Of a DNA stretch of 54,244 nucleotides, positions 44,451-54,207 are shown in pieces. The first letter of the stretch is position 1. Each line of letters opens with the position of its first letter. Both the position numbers and the translations under genes were made by a program. Source of the DNA: an uncultured Candidatus Saccharibacteria bacterium (GTDB lineage Bacteria > Patescibacteriota > UBA1384 > 2-12-FULL-50-11); the NCBI GenBank assembly GCA_964348645.1, contig CAYGDK010000001.1, positions 14,426 to 68,669 on the forward strand. Direction: 5' to 3'. The notes under the pieces were generated by a model that was not told the origin of the DNA, searched no databases, and saw only the letters and a program-made list of their open reading frames with translations.

Positions 44451-45039
44451 CCATTCTCCGGGCGAGTGTGATTAGTGGTGGGGCGATAATCGATCCGATA
44501 ACTGCTGTCAGAATGATAGGCAGGACATATTTGTCTATATTTGGAATCTGAGAACCCAGGTAGTATCCGAGGAGGCTCATAGAGCTTACCCAAAGGATTC
44601 CGCCAATTATGTTGTAGGCAACAAACGTTCCGTAATTCATTTTGCCAACCCCGGCCAAAACCGGCGCAAATGCGCGAATTACTGGTATGAACCGAGCTAG
44701 GACGATCGTGATCGGGCCGTATTTTTTGTAAAACTCCTCGGCCTTTCGGGCGTGGTCTTTGTGGAAAAATAGCGACTCTTCGCGTTTAAAGACTCTTGAT
44801 CCGTATCTGCTTCCCAAAAAGTAACCGAAATTATCACCTAAGATAGCGGCCATGATTGTGCCAACAATTAGGTAGAAAATATTGAAACCGCCGGGAAGTG
44901 ATGCGTATAAACCAGCCGCGAATAGCAGCGTGTCCCCTGGTAAGAAAAATCCAATAAGTAAGCCTGATTCGACGAATACAGTGGCGTAAATAGCCCACAA
45001 GCCCGCGCTGGTTATTAGCTCCTGAAGGTTTAGTTCCAT
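44437..45039 (-). CDS. DedA-family membrane protein
   Basis: FFLPGDTLLFAAG and RFIPVIRAFAPVLAG motifs; ATG 45039 is preferred over GTG 45060. Confidence 0.85.
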   Translation of the reverse strand: MELNLQELITSAGLWAIYATVFVESGLLIGFFLPGDTLLFAAGLYASLPGGFNIFYLIVGTIMAAILGDNFGYFLGSRYGSRVFKREESLFFHKDHARKAEEFYKKYGPITIVLARFIPVIRAFAPVLAGVGKMNYGTFVAYNIIGGILWVSSMSLLGYYLGSQIPNIDKYVLPIILTAVIGSIIAPPLITLARRMVKNG

Positions 45040-45173
45040 TAGGGCAATCTTAACAGTCACACTGTTGTAATAACAGGGGCAAACTTCTTTCTAAATTTCG
45101 ACTCAACGGATATAATTATGATCGTCTAAGGGGCTACTGCGAGCCGAAAGCGAGTAGGGACCTCAAAAAGTTT

Positions 45174-45245
45174 GGGCCATTAGTTCAGCGGCAGAACAAC
45201 GGACTCTTAATCCGTGTGTCGGTGGTTCGATCCCACCATGGCCCA
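45174..45245 (+). tRNA. tRNA-Lys (anticodon CTT)
   Basis: GGGCCAT-TA-GTTC-AGCGGCA-GAAC-A-ACGGA-CTCTTAA-TCCGT-GTGTC-GGTGG-TTCGATC-CCACC-ATGGCCC-A. Confidence 0.88.
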
Positions 45246-45246
45246 C

Positions 45247-45281
45247 AAGAAAATCCCGGTCTTTATGGCCGGGTTTTTCTT
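45247..45281 (+). terminator. Intrinsic terminator just after tRNA-Lys
   Basis: AAGAAAATCCCGG...CCGGGTTTTTCTT, a stem with a T5 tract. Confidence 0.65.
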
Positions 45282-45377
45282 GTGCCTAAGGTTGGGCGAC
45301 CCCAGGCCATTAGGCCGAGGTTCGACTTCGAGCAGCTCAGTAGAGCTGCGAGTAGTGGAGTCGCGCTAGCGACGGAA

Positions 45378-45394
45378 ATCCCACCATGGCCCAC
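45378..45394 (+). repeat. Second copy of the tRNA-Lys 3' end
   Basis: ATCCCACCATGGCCCAC is identical to 45230-45246. Confidence 0.85.
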
Positions 45395-45804
45395 TAGAGC
45401 AGGTCAGTTAGTATCTTTGCGACGTCGCCTATTGTTTGATACCGACATACTTTGAATTCCGGGGCTCCATCTACTAAAGCTGAAAGTCGGCGACCTTCTT
45501 GCTCTCGATAGAGGCAGATCACTTTCTTGCCCCACTCCTCGGCCCAGCCAAGTTCCATTCCGACGCCCAAGCTCGGCGTCGTCACTTCTGCGACAATTAC
45601 ATCGGCTTCGCGAACCCAATCTTTATCTCTATTGCGAATAAACGTGTTTGTTAGGTTCTCGCCGTCCGTCGTCAGATTCTTGCTGCCAAAGTGCTCACTG
45701 AGGACGAGACCGTGCTTCTTTAGCTCTGCAATAATGCTCGAGTATATTTCCTGATCATCTCTGCCGCTCCGGATCGACGCGGCAAAATAAATTTTCTTAT
45801 GCAT
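45394..45804 (-). CDS. 2'-deoxynucleoside 5'-phosphate N-hydrolase / nucleoside 2-deoxyribosyltransferase family (DNPH1/Rcl-like)
   Basis: MHKKIYFAASIRSGRDDQEIY...VLSEH...ADVIVAEVTTPSLGVGMELGWA. I prefer ATG 45804. The TAG stop directly abuts the tRNA-end repeat. Confidence 0.7.
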   Translation of the reverse strand: MHKKIYFAASIRSGRDDQEIYSSIIAELKKHGLVLSEHFGSKNLTTDGENLTNTFIRNRDKDWVREADVIVAEVTTPSLGVGMELGWAEEWGKKVICLYREQEGRRLSALVDGAPEFKVCRYQTIGDVAKILTDLL

Positions 45805-46477
45805 CAACAGTTCTGTGTTCGCCAGGAAGCAAGTCACCCAACTCGTACTGGCCGACGCGGATTCGTGTCAGTTTGGTGACTTCTATTCCGACTTTCGCAC
45901 AAATACGCCTGACTAAACGGTTGCGACCTTCGTGGATAACGATCCGAAAACTGACCTTATCCTTACCCATTTTAACAAGTTCCAGATCGTCCAAAGTTAC
46001 GGGTCCATCCTTGAGGATTAGCGTTTTCTGTTCCAACTCAGTGAACGCTGCTTGCGGTGTTTTGCTTGTTCCTTCGACGATGTATTCTTTTTGGTGCTCA
46101 AATTTTGGATGAGTTAGTTGGTAGCAAAGGTTGCCGTCGTTGGTCAAAATGACCAATCCCATCGTGTCGTAATCCAATCTTCCGCAAGGGAAGACTCGCG
46201 GAGTCTTGGGAACAAAATCAAGAACGGTCTTGCGTCCTTCGGGATCATCGGCCGTTGTCACAACGCCCTTCGGCTTATTGAAAAGATAAACAACAGTTTG
46301 CTTGGTCCCACCGATACTTTTACCGTTAACGGTCACGATATCTTTTTCTGGGTCGATGATAGTACCGAGCTCTCGAACTGCCTTGCCGTTAATCGCCACC
46401 TGTCCGTTGGTGACTAGCTCATCCGCTTTCCGACGTGACGCAACCCCGTGACTAGCAAGAAATTTGTTAATTCTCAT
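45797..46477 (-). CDS. Pseudouridine synthase, RsuA/RluB family
   Basis: S4 domain (MRINKFLASHGVASRRKADELV) plus catalytic GRLDYDTMGLVILTND. Confidence 0.88.
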   Translation of the reverse strand: MRINKFLASHGVASRRKADELVTNGQVAINGKAVRELGTIIDPEKDIVTVNGKSIGGTKQTVVYLFNKPKGVVTTADDPEGRKTVLDFVPKTPRVFPCGRLDYDTMGLVILTNDGNLCYQLTHPKFEHQKEYIVEGTSKTPQAAFTELEQKTLILKDGPVTLDDLELVKMGKDKVSFRIVIHEGRNRLVRRICAKVGIEVTKLTRIRVGQYELGDLLPGEHRTVDA

Positions 46478-46554
46478 GTTGGCCTCAGGATACCTCAATT
46501 GGTCGTTAGATGATAAGATTTAAATGTACAACAACCGTAAATCAGAAAAGGCAT

Positions 46555-47328
46555 ATGCTACTCCAAACTAAAGACCTCATCGAACAATCTACTGCCGATC
46601 TCCTTCAACGGCGAAAAACAATCGCCGTCCGACCTGGTATGGCGCTTATTTGGGTTGGTGATGACCCACAGACCAAGTCTTTTGTGAGAGTAAAGCAGCA
46701 AAAAGCCAAATTACTCGACTGTGACTTCTATCTTTATCACTTAGAGACGGCCACCTTTGATCAGCTGGTGGCGTTAATGAAAAGTTTGAATAAGAAGAAA
46801 GAAGTGCACGGGATAGTCTTGCAGCTGCCGCTGCCAGATAAAAGCTGGGTGGCGCCGCTAATCGATGCCATGTCTCCTGAAAAAGATATTGATCACCTGC
46901 GATCGGACAGCCCGTACCAGGCGCCGACGCCAGCAGGGATACTATCTATCCTTAAACACAATCAGATTGATCCAGCCAAAGAGCAAACAGTCATTCTGGG
47001 CGCTGGTCGCCTTGTTGGTGCGCCATTGGCGGAGATTTTTGCACAAAACAATTGGCCGTTTTCACAAATTCGTCGAAAGGCAGCTGATCATCAGGACGAA
47101 ATCAAGAAAGCTACGCTTGTCATTTCTGGCACTGGAGTCGAAAAACTTATTACTGCCGATTATGTTGGGACGAACGCTGTGGTTGTGGATGGTTCCGGAA
47201 TCGACGTTGATATCGCCAGTGTCGAGCCAGCAGCCCGGGCCGTCAGCCCCTCCAAGGGAGCTGTCGGCCCGATGACGGTCTGCCAGTTATTCGAGAATCT
47301 ACTTATTTCTTCGTCGCGCGTGGTTTGA
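46555..47328 (+). CDS. folD: Bifunctional methylenetetrahydrofolate dehydrogenase/cyclohydrolase
   Basis: PGMALIWVGDDPQTKSFVRVKQQK...HGIVLQLPLP...PTPAGI...VILGAGRLVG. Confidence 0.88.
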   Translation: MLLQTKDLIEQSTADLLQRRKTIAVRPGMALIWVGDDPQTKSFVRVKQQKAKLLDCDFYLYHLETATFDQLVALMKSLNKKKEVHGIVLQLPLPDKSWVAPLIDAMSPEKDIDHLRSDSPYQAPTPAGILSILKHNQIDPAKEQTVILGAGRLVGAPLAEIFAQNNWPFSQIRRKAADHQDEIKKATLVISGTGVEKLITADYVGTNAVVVDGSGIDVDIASVEPAARAVSPSKGAVGPMTVCQLFENLLISSSRVV

Positions 47329-47743
47329 TTACATTATCAACAAGACACTTGGAGTAGGTTGCGCCTTCAGTCGCCATACATGTGTTTACCGCAGTATTCT
47401 CAGCGCTGGTGATGGTGCCTAGGTCAAAGCTGAGCTTAGAAGGATACATTGTGCCAGGAAAGCCTTGTGCCGAAAAAAGGCCAGTTGTTAATGTGGTGTC
47501 TAACATTATGGTAGCTGGCACCTTAACTGATGCGGCCTTGTCATAAAGGTCAGTTGCCTTCCAGCCAATGCCGACGATTCCCGACAAATCTGAATCGGTA
47601 TCATTGAGTGAAGGCGCAGTTGGAATTGTATAGGCCTCCAAGTTAAGAGCGTTTGCGAGCGATCCACGGAAGCCAAAGCCGATCAATACGCCTATCACCA
47701 ATCCAACCAGTCCAATCACAATCATACGTGTACTATTCATCAC
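47303..47743 (-). CDS. Membrane-anchored hypothetical protein
   Basis: 146 aa with an N-terminal TM (MIVIGLVGLVIGVLIGFGF). The 3' end overlaps folD by 26 nt (convergent). Confidence 0.5.
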   Translation of the reverse strand: MMNSTRMIVIGLVGLVIGVLIGFGFRGSLANALNLEAYTIPTAPSLNDTDSDLSGIVGIGWKATDLYDKAASVKVPATIMLDTTLTTGLFSAQGFPGTMYPSKLSFDLGTITSAENTAVNTCMATEGATYSKCLVDNVIKPRATKK

Positions 47744-47812
47744 CCTCCTTAGTTAAATGGCCTACTGGCCTATAACAGAACCGTAGCATTTAGGTCTGTC
47801 TCGGTAAATATT

Positions 47813-49543
47813 TTACGCAATTTCTTTAATTAGATCTTGCGTGGTTTGTGTTGTTTGCTCTGGTGTTTTTCGGCTGCGAACGGAGATCGTTTTCGACTCT
47901 TCTTCTTTGGCTCCAACGACTAGGATAAATGGAATTTTTTGAGTCTCAGCGATTCGGATTCTTTTTCCAAGTGATTCGCTGCTGTTGTCCAGCTCAAATC
48001 GAACGCCCGCAGCTTTAAGTTCGCTAGCTACGCTGGCGGCGTACGAATCAAATTTTTCACTAATCGGTAAAACAACGGCCTGAACTGGAGCTAGCCAAAC
48101 GGGGAAATCGCCGCCGGTATGTTCGATTAAGATTGAAGTAAAACGCTCGATCGAACCCATGATGGCGGCGTGAATCATAACAACCTCTTCCTCTTTTCCG
48201 TCAGCGTTAATATAGTTCAACTCAAAACGCTTCGGTAAGTTCATGTCGAGTTGAATGGTAGCTACTTGCCACTCACGGCCAAGAGAATCCGAGGCCATGA
48301 AGTCGAGCTTTGGTCCGTAAAAATTTGCTTCGCCTTCGCCTATAAAGTAGTCGGCTTTTTTCTTAATCGCCATTTTTTCAAGTGACTGTTCGGCGCTCTC
48401 CCATAGCTCCTGACTGCCTAAGTATTTTTCGGGCGCAGATTTATCGCGAACAGAAAGTCGGACACGCAAGCCAAAGCCAAAGCGGCCGTAGAACTTTTCG
48501 ACGATATCCCAGACAGCCAACAGTTCGTTGTTTACCTGGTCTGGTCGACAAAAGACGTGCGCATCATCTTGCGTGATGCTCAGGACCCGTGAGAGGCCCG
48601 ACAATTCACCGGATTGTTCGTCGCGGTAAACCATGGTCGTGTTGGCGTAGCGTTGCGGCATGTCGCGGTAGCTCCAGCGTTTGCGGGCAAAAATTTGCGT
48701 GTGGTGCGGGCAGTTCATTGGCTTGACGACAAACTGCTTGCCTTCGCGAGTTTCGATGACATACAAGTCGTCTTTAAACTTTTCCCAGTGGCCAGACTTC
48801 TCGTATAGATCTTTTTTGGCCAGATGAGGAATTTCAACACGGTCGTAGCCTTTTTCGCGTCGCAGCTGCCAGACAAAGTCGTCGAGCAATTGGCGAACAA
48901 CCATGCCTTTTGGCGTCCAGAGTGGTAGGCCAGGACCAACCAGTTCGGAAAAGACAAAGAGGTCCAGGGCTGGGCCAACTTTTTTATGATCACGTTTTTT
49001 GGCTTCCTCAAGCTGAGCGAGATAGGTGTCGAGTTCTTTCTGACTTTCAAAAGCAGTGCCGTAGATGCGGGTTAGCATCGGATTATTTTCGCTACCGCGC
49101 CAGTAAGCGCCGGCGATGCTGAGGAGTTTTAGGGCTTTGACTTCACCTGTTTTGGCGACGTGCGGACCCTTGCATAAATCCCAGAACGTATCGATACCGT
49201 AATGGCTCAATTCCTGATCGGGTAAATCGTTGATTAGCTCTTCTTTGAAGGTTTGTTTGAACTTTTTTGTTTGCCCGAGTGCTTCATTGCGAGAAAGGAA
49301 TTTGTGTTCAATCGGAAAGTTTCGACCAACAAGTTTACGCATCGATTTTTCCAGATCCTTGAGCGTCTCCTCGCTGACCGGTTTGGTGAATTCGAAATCG
49401 TAGTAGAAACCGTTATCGATCGGCGGACCGATTGCCAGTTTGACTTCGGGATCGTACTCAAGCGCTGCCATCGCCAAAAGATGGGCAGCGGTGTGCCGTA
49501 CTTTATAAAGATTGGTTTCTTCGTACTTTTGGTGCGCTTTCAT
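47813..49543 (-). CDS. thrS: Threonine--tRNA ligase (short form without the TGS domain)
   Basis: 576 aa with the SAD motif HTAAHLLA, class II core motifs and a C-terminal anticodon-binding domain. Confidence 0.92.
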   Translation of the reverse strand: MKAHQKYEETNLYKVRHTAAHLLAMAALEYDPEVKLAIGPPIDNGFYYDFEFTKPVSEETLKDLEKSMRKLVGRNFPIEHKFLSRNEALGQTKKFKQTFKEELINDLPDQELSHYGIDTFWDLCKGPHVAKTGEVKALKLLSIAGAYWRGSENNPMLTRIYGTAFESQKELDTYLAQLEEAKKRDHKKVGPALDLFVFSELVGPGLPLWTPKGMVVRQLLDDFVWQLRREKGYDRVEIPHLAKKDLYEKSGHWEKFKDDLYVIETREGKQFVVKPMNCPHHTQIFARKRWSYRDMPQRYANTTMVYRDEQSGELSGLSRVLSITQDDAHVFCRPDQVNNELLAVWDIVEKFYGRFGFGLRVRLSVRDKSAPEKYLGSQELWESAEQSLEKMAIKKKADYFIGEGEANFYGPKLDFMASDSLGREWQVATIQLDMNLPKRFELNYINADGKEEEVVMIHAAIMGSIERFTSILIEHTGGDFPVWLAPVQAVVLPISEKFDSYAASVASELKAAGVRFELDNSSESLGKRIRIAETQKIPFILVVGAKEEESKTISVRSRKTPEQTTQTTQDLIKEIA

Positions 49544-49602
49544 CTAGAACGATTGTAACTGATCAGGTTTACTAAAAAAACCTTTGAAGTGGTTGTCTCG
49601 TG

Positions 49603-50889
49603 CTAGCGGTCGCTTGGGAGCGGGAAGCCTTTGGAGTATTCGGTTACTTCTTGGCGCAGTGCGGCGATCTTTTGTTCGTCGGATCGGTTGTTGATGGCTT
49701 GGATCATCCACTCGGCAACTCGCTCCATATCACTTTCTTTGAGCCCGCGGGTGGTAATCGCTGGTGTGCCGAGACGAATACCGCTGGGTTTAAACGGCGG
49801 TAAAGGATCGTCTGGGATAACATTCTTATTCAAGGTGAGGCCGACCTGATCGAGAACAATTTCGACTTCCTTACCGTTTAAGCCAAAGCTGGCGTTAACG
49901 TCTGCCAAAATGAGGTGGTTGTCGGTGCCGTTGGTGATGAGCTTGAAGCCGCGATCCATCATTGCCTTAGCAAGTGCTTGTGCGTTGCTGAGTACCTGCT
50001 CGGCGTACGCGGCGAACTCTGGCTGGCCTGCTTCATGAAAAGCGATGGCCTTAGCCGCAATGACATGCATATGTGGACCGCCCTGGATTCCGGGAAAAAC
50101 GGTCCGATCGACAAGCGTTGGTAGATTCTCGATAGTTTTTTCTGGTGCCTTGAGTGGGTTGCCAGGGGTACCCTTCGTTAAAACAATGCCGCCCCGAGGT
50201 CCACGGAGTGTCTTGTGGGTGGTTGAGGTAAGCATGTGAAAGCCGTGGTCGAAAGGATTAGCGAGCTTCTTGGCCGCGATTAGCCCGGCGATGTGGGCAA
50301 CGTCGGCCCAAAGAACAGCTCCGACCTCTTGGCCAATTTCGGCAAATTTGGCGTAATCCAATTCGCGTGGATAGGAAGAGAAACCAGCCAAAATCATTTT
50401 CGGCTTATGCTCTTTGGCCAGTGCGCGCAGGGCGTCGTAATCAATTTCGCCGGTTTCAACGTCTTTCATGCCGTAGCGAACAAAGTTGAAGATCTTAGCG
50501 AGGATTGTGCCTGGCCGTCCGTGCGTCAGGTGACCGCCGTGGCTGAGCTCCATGCCCATAATCGTATCGCCAGGCTCCATCCAGGCATGCTCAGCAGCTT
50601 CGTTAGCTTGGGCGCCTGATAGCGGCTGGACGTTAGCGTGGTCGGCGCCGAAGAGGGCTTTAACGCGATCTATCGCTAATTGCTCAATTTGGTCTGTGAA
50701 TTCTTGACCACCGTAGTAACGGCGCCCAACGTAACCCTCGGAGTATTTATTAGTGAGCACGCTAGACATTGCGTCGAGCACATCGCGGCTGACGTAGTTT
50801 TCGGAGGGAATCAGTTCCAGCCCTTCGTGCTGTCGCTTCTCCTCGCCCTTTAGAATTTTCTCAACTGCACTGTCTTTCATTGGCTGCAT
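49603..50889 (-). CDS. glyA: Serine hydroxymethyltransferase
   Basis: LELIPSENY, the PLP-lysine context TSTTHKTLRGPRGG, and GTPAITTRG. I prefer ATG 50889 (or 50880) over the track start at 51000. Confidence 0.92.
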   Translation of the reverse strand: MQPMKDSAVEKILKGEEKRQHEGLELIPSENYVSRDVLDAMSSVLTNKYSEGYVGRRYYGGQEFTDQIEQLAIDRVKALFGADHANVQPLSGAQANEAAEHAWMEPGDTIMGMELSHGGHLTHGRPGTILAKIFNFVRYGMKDVETGEIDYDALRALAKEHKPKMILAGFSSYPRELDYAKFAEIGQEVGAVLWADVAHIAGLIAAKKLANPFDHGFHMLTSTTHKTLRGPRGGIVLTKGTPGNPLKAPEKTIENLPTLVDRTVFPGIQGGPHMHVIAAKAIAFHEAGQPEFAAYAEQVLSNAQALAKAMMDRGFKLITNGTDNHLILADVNASFGLNGKEVEIVLDQVGLTLNKNVIPDDPLPPFKPSGIRLGTPAITTRGLKESDMERVAEWMIQAINNRSDEQKIAALRQEVTEYSKGFPLPSDR

Positions 50890-50969
50890 CGTAGCAATAT
50901 TTTTCTTCGCCACCAAACATTTATTTAAAGGTATATGACAAACCAGTTTGTGAACCTTACAATAGTGGT

Positions 50970-51419
50970 ATGGATCTATTCTTTCGGAACAAGAAAGCAT
51001 TCTTCGATTACAAAATTGATGGCGACCTTGAAGCTGGCCTAGTTTTGACTGGCCCAGAAATAAAAGCCATCCGTGCCAAGCAGGTGACGATGAATGCTAG
51101 CTATGTAAAACCTTTTACCAATCCGCACGGACAGACAGAGCTTTGGTGGATTGGTAGTCACTTCAGCGTGACCGACGGCGACCCAACTCGTTCAAAGAAA
51201 CTACTACTCAATCGGGCAGAGATTGATCGTCTTGTCGGCAAGCAAGCAGCGAAGGGTTTTACAATTTTGCCTCTGGAACTTTACGTCAAACGCGGACGAG
51301 CAAAGCTAAAGATTGGGTTGGGTACGCACAAAAAAGCGTTTGACCATCGTCAAGAGCTGCGTGAGCGCTCGATCGACCGAGAGACCGAGCGCTCTTTCCG
51401 CGAACGGCAGAAAAACTAG
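50970..51419 (+). CDS. smpB: SsrA-binding protein
   Basis: 149 aa; NKKAFFDYKIDGDLEAGLVLTGPEIKAIRA and a basic C-terminal tail. Confidence 0.9.
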   Translation: MDLFFRNKKAFFDYKIDGDLEAGLVLTGPEIKAIRAKQVTMNASYVKPFTNPHGQTELWWIGSHFSVTDGDPTRSKKLLLNRAEIDRLVGKQAAKGFTILPLELYVKRGRAKLKIGLGTHKKAFDHRQELRERSIDRETERSFRERQKN

Positions 51420-52216
51420 TTGCTAGTCTCTGGCGAACTATCGTCGTCGCTAGAACTCTTGAGCAACTCGATGGCGTCTTTGGCGGTCGAGAGATGAGTC
51501 TTAGCGCTTTTTACTAGAGCCTTGGCGGCGGCCAATTCTGTTTTATAAGCAGTTGAGCCAGGATTGTTGGCGATGACCTTGTAGGCTGCGTAGGCTTTTT
51601 CGGCATCACTCTTGGCGGCGGCTAGCTCTGTCCTGATCGTGGTTACGTCATTGCCATTGGTTTCAATTCGATCGACCAATGGAGTGATTTTTGTGTCAAT
51701 TAAGCCGATCAGCCGATCAGCAACACACATTCCCCTTACTGCTGGTAGTAGGCCAACATAGACGCGGTTTTTACCAACAATATCGTTTTTAATTAGCGTC
51801 CGGACCTGCTCGGTTGTAGTGGCGCTAGCAGTATCAATCTGGCCGAGGCGAGCGATTGCGGCATTAACTGCGCTTGTTGCTTCTGCTTTTGCCGCGGCAC
51901 GACATTTTTTTGTGTGCTCACCGCTCGTGAGTTTTTTGAGTAATTCGGCTCGCTCACTGACAAGTTTTTCGGCAAGATCTTTAGCGCTTTCGAGTTTCTT
52001 ATCCTCACGTGCCGTTTTAGCTGCTTCGAGGGCCTTCTTGCGCGCCTCACGCTGAAGTTTATTCTGTTCTCGAAGTTTCTCTTGATTTTGTTTGGCAAGT
52101 TCCTTAGCCGCTTCTTCACTCGAGCTACCCGAGCTAGACGAATTTGAATCTTCGGCAAATACTGGCGCACCAATCAGATTGAAAGCAACGATGAAACTAA
52201 AAATCCACGGTGTCAT
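51416..52216 (-). CDS. Secreted/anchored Ala-Lys-Glu-rich coiled-coil protein
   Basis: Signal-like N-terminus followed by long low-complexity helical repeats. No family recognised. Confidence 0.5.
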   Translation of the reverse strand: MTPWIFSFIVAFNLIGAPVFAEDSNSSSSGSSSEEAAKELAKQNQEKLREQNKLQREARKKALEAAKTAREDKKLESAKDLAEKLVSERAELLKKLTSGEHTKKCRAAAKAEATSAVNAAIARLGQIDTASATTTEQVRTLIKNDIVGKNRVYVGLLPAVRGMCVADRLIGLIDTKITPLVDRIETNGNDVTTIRTELAAAKSDAEKAYAAYKVIANNPGSTAYKTELAAAKALVKSAKTHLSTAKDAIELLKSSSDDDSSPETSN

Positions 52217-52472
52217 CTTCTGAGCCCTCCTCTAATTCAATTGCTGCCAATTCGCCCTCCAGCTCGTTGAGCGAGCTATCTACCTCTGTTTTAACTGATG
52301 CCTGCAATTCAGTTGTCGTGGCCGGGGCTTCGGCTGTGGTGTTCGACTCTGACGCGGTATCAGCTTCCTTATTACCCATAACATAGAACCAAGTAGCACC
52401 GCCCGCGATTAGCGCCGCGAAGGCTAACGCTAAAACTACGTAAAGTGCTTTACCTTTTTGTTGTTGCTCCAT
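52197..52472 (-). CDS. Small single-TM acidic protein
   Basis: 91 aa with TM ALYVVLALAFAALIAGGATWFYV and an acidic C-terminus. Confidence 0.45.
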   Translation of the reverse strand: MEQQQKGKALYVVLALAFAALIAGGATWFYVMGNKEADTASESNTTAEAPATTTELQASVKTEVDSSLNELEGELAAIELEEGSEDDTVDF

Positions 52473-52533
52473 TATCCTCCTTAAGTCTTACAGCTCCACG
52501 CTGTCAGACTGGAAGGAGAAAATCAATGGAGGG

Positions 52534-53037
52534 TTACTGTGCTTGTTCGTAACGCCAGCTAAGTTGGTCTGTCGATTTAGTTGCAAATTCGCTAGCACCA
52601 ACCTGAGCTTGCTCACCGTTGACGTAGAATATCCAGTAGTTCTCGGCAGTCGAAGGAACGCCATTAATCGATGTAACGAGCTCGCCGATACCTTCATAGT
52701 TCTGGGTTTCGACGGTGGCGTTGGCTTTTAGTAGCTCGAGCGCGTTTTTGCCATCAACACCACTGTAGCTAACTACTTGTTCTTGCGAGGTTGTAGTTGG
52801 CGCCACAGCTGGAGTGCGGAAAACGAGAAATAGACCAAAGGCCAAAATCGCCGCGGCGAGAACAAGAACAAGATTAGACCAAGTTGAAGTTGGTAATGAA
52901 ACGGTTGGGATCGCCGAAGCTTGTCTGCGTGTTTCAACTACGGGACGGGCACTTTTGGCGCGAGTAGTTCGCTGAATACGGCGGGCAGCTGGACGGGCGG
53001 TCGAGGACTTTTTTCGAGGTGATTTTGATGTTGGCAT
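52534..53037 (-). CDS. DUF4430-like domain protein with a basic N-terminus and TM anchor
   Basis: The C-terminal YSGVDGKNALELLK...INGV...YWIFYVNGEQAQVGASEF resembles DUF4430. Confidence 0.5.
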   Translation of the reverse strand: MPTSKSPRKKSSTARPAARRIQRTTRAKSARPVVETRRQASAIPTVSLPTSTWSNLVLVLAAAILAFGLFLVFRTPAVAPTTTSQEQVVSYSGVDGKNALELLKANATVETQNYEGIGELVTSINGVPSTAENYWIFYVNGEQAQVGASEFATKSTDQLSWRYEQAQ

Positions 53038-53139
53038 AGTGGTTTACTTGTACGTCAAATTTACATAAGGGTCAAGCCTGCGATTGGAGAATATTACATG
53101 CATACAATATTCGTCTTCCAACAGGTATAATCATTCCAA

Positions 53140-54207
53140 ATGGAAATCGGAATAGTTGGCCTGCCGAATGTTGGCAAATCTTCGCTTTTTAATGCCCTCA
53201 CCAAAGCCGGCGCGCAAGCGTCGAACTTTCCGTTTACTACTATCGAGCCAAATGTCGGTATCGTCGAAGTACCCGACGACCGTCTAGACTTTTTGGTTAA
53301 ACAATATAACTCAGCTAAACGTGTGCCGGCGACGATTAAGTTTGTGGATATTGCTGGACTGGTTAAAGGCGCGTCGAAAGGCGAAGGCTTGGGCAATCAG
53401 TTCTTAAGTAATATTCGAGCCTGCGATGCGATCGCTGAAGTTGTAAGAGTATTCGAAGACCAGAATGTCATTCATGTGGCCGGCCGCGTTGACCCGGATG
53501 ACGACATCTTAACAATTAACACCGAGCTGCTTCTGGCCGATATCGAGCAGGCCACCGCTGCAGCCAAGGGTTTGGAGGATAAAGCGAAACGACAAGACAA
53601 GGATGCTCTTAAGCTAAAGCCCCTTATCGACCGGGCGCTCAATATGCTCGAAAACGAAACGCCGCTCCGAACTGATCCCGAGCTATGCAGCGGTCTATCG
53701 AGTTATAACTTTTTGACCGCCAAGCCACTGATGTACGTTGCTAATGTTGGCGATGGTAATAGCGACGAACTCGTCGAGAAAATCCGGATACATGCCAAAG
53801 CCGAGGGTGCGCAATTAGTTGCGATTTCAGTTAAGACCGAACTCGAAGTAGTTGATTTGCCTGCGGATGAGCAAGCTGAGTTTCGAGCTGAGCTCGGCAT
53901 CGAATCGGGATTGGGTGAAGTTATTCGGGCGGGATACGCGCTGCTGGCCCAGGAAACTTTTTTCACAGCTGGACCAACCGAATCTCACGCCTGGACAATT
54001 ACCAAAGGCACCAAAGCGCCGCAAGCCGCCGGAAAAATTCACACCGATTTTGAAAAAGGCTTTATCCGAGCCCAAGTCTTTAGCGTCGCAGATTTACAAG
54101 AACTCAAAAATGAAGCGGCTGTTAAGGCTGCCGGTAAGCTGCGCAGCGAAGGCAAAGAGTACACCGTTCGCGACGGCGACGTGATCGAATTTCTGTTTAA
54201 CGTTTAG
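53140..54207 (+). CDS. ychF: Ribosome-binding ATPase YchF
   Basis: GIVGLPNVGKSSLFNALT, DIAGLVKGASKGEGLGN, and the C-terminal TGS-like domain RSEGKEYTVRDGDVIEFLFN. Confidence 0.93.
   Translation: MEIGIVGLPNVGKSSLFNALTKAGAQASNFPFTTIEPNVGIVEVPDDRLDFLVKQYNSAKRVPATIKFVDIAGLVKGASKGEGLGNQFLSNIRACDAIAEVVRVFEDQNVIHVAGRVDPDDDILTINTELLLADIEQATAAAKGLEDKAKRQDKDALKLKPLIDRALNMLENETPLRTDPELCSGLSSYNFLTAKPLMYVANVGDGNSDELVEKIRIHAKAEGAQLVAISVKTELEVVDLPADEQAEFRAELGIESGLGEVIRAGYALLAQETFFTAGPTESHAWTITKGTKAPQAAGKIHTDFEKGFIRAQVFSVADLQELKNEAAVKAAGKLRSEGKEYTVRDGDVIEFLFNV

Noticed and set aside
45150-45355. GCGAGTAG 8-mer shared between the leader of tRNA-Lys and the insert downstream of it
   Set aside because: It is too short to distinguish from chance, and it gives no consistent structure linking the two.
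45216-45455. 79-aa plus-strand ORF over the tRNA-Lys 3' half, the terminator and the insert
   Set aside because: It overlaps a tRNA and an intrinsic terminator and has no SD. The region is better explained as a noncoding scar.
50970-53139. Looked for a tmRNA (ssrA) gene next to smpB
   Set aside because: The intergenic gaps here are under 110 nt, and no tRNA-Ala-like acceptor/T-arm pair was seen. ssrA must lie outside the window.
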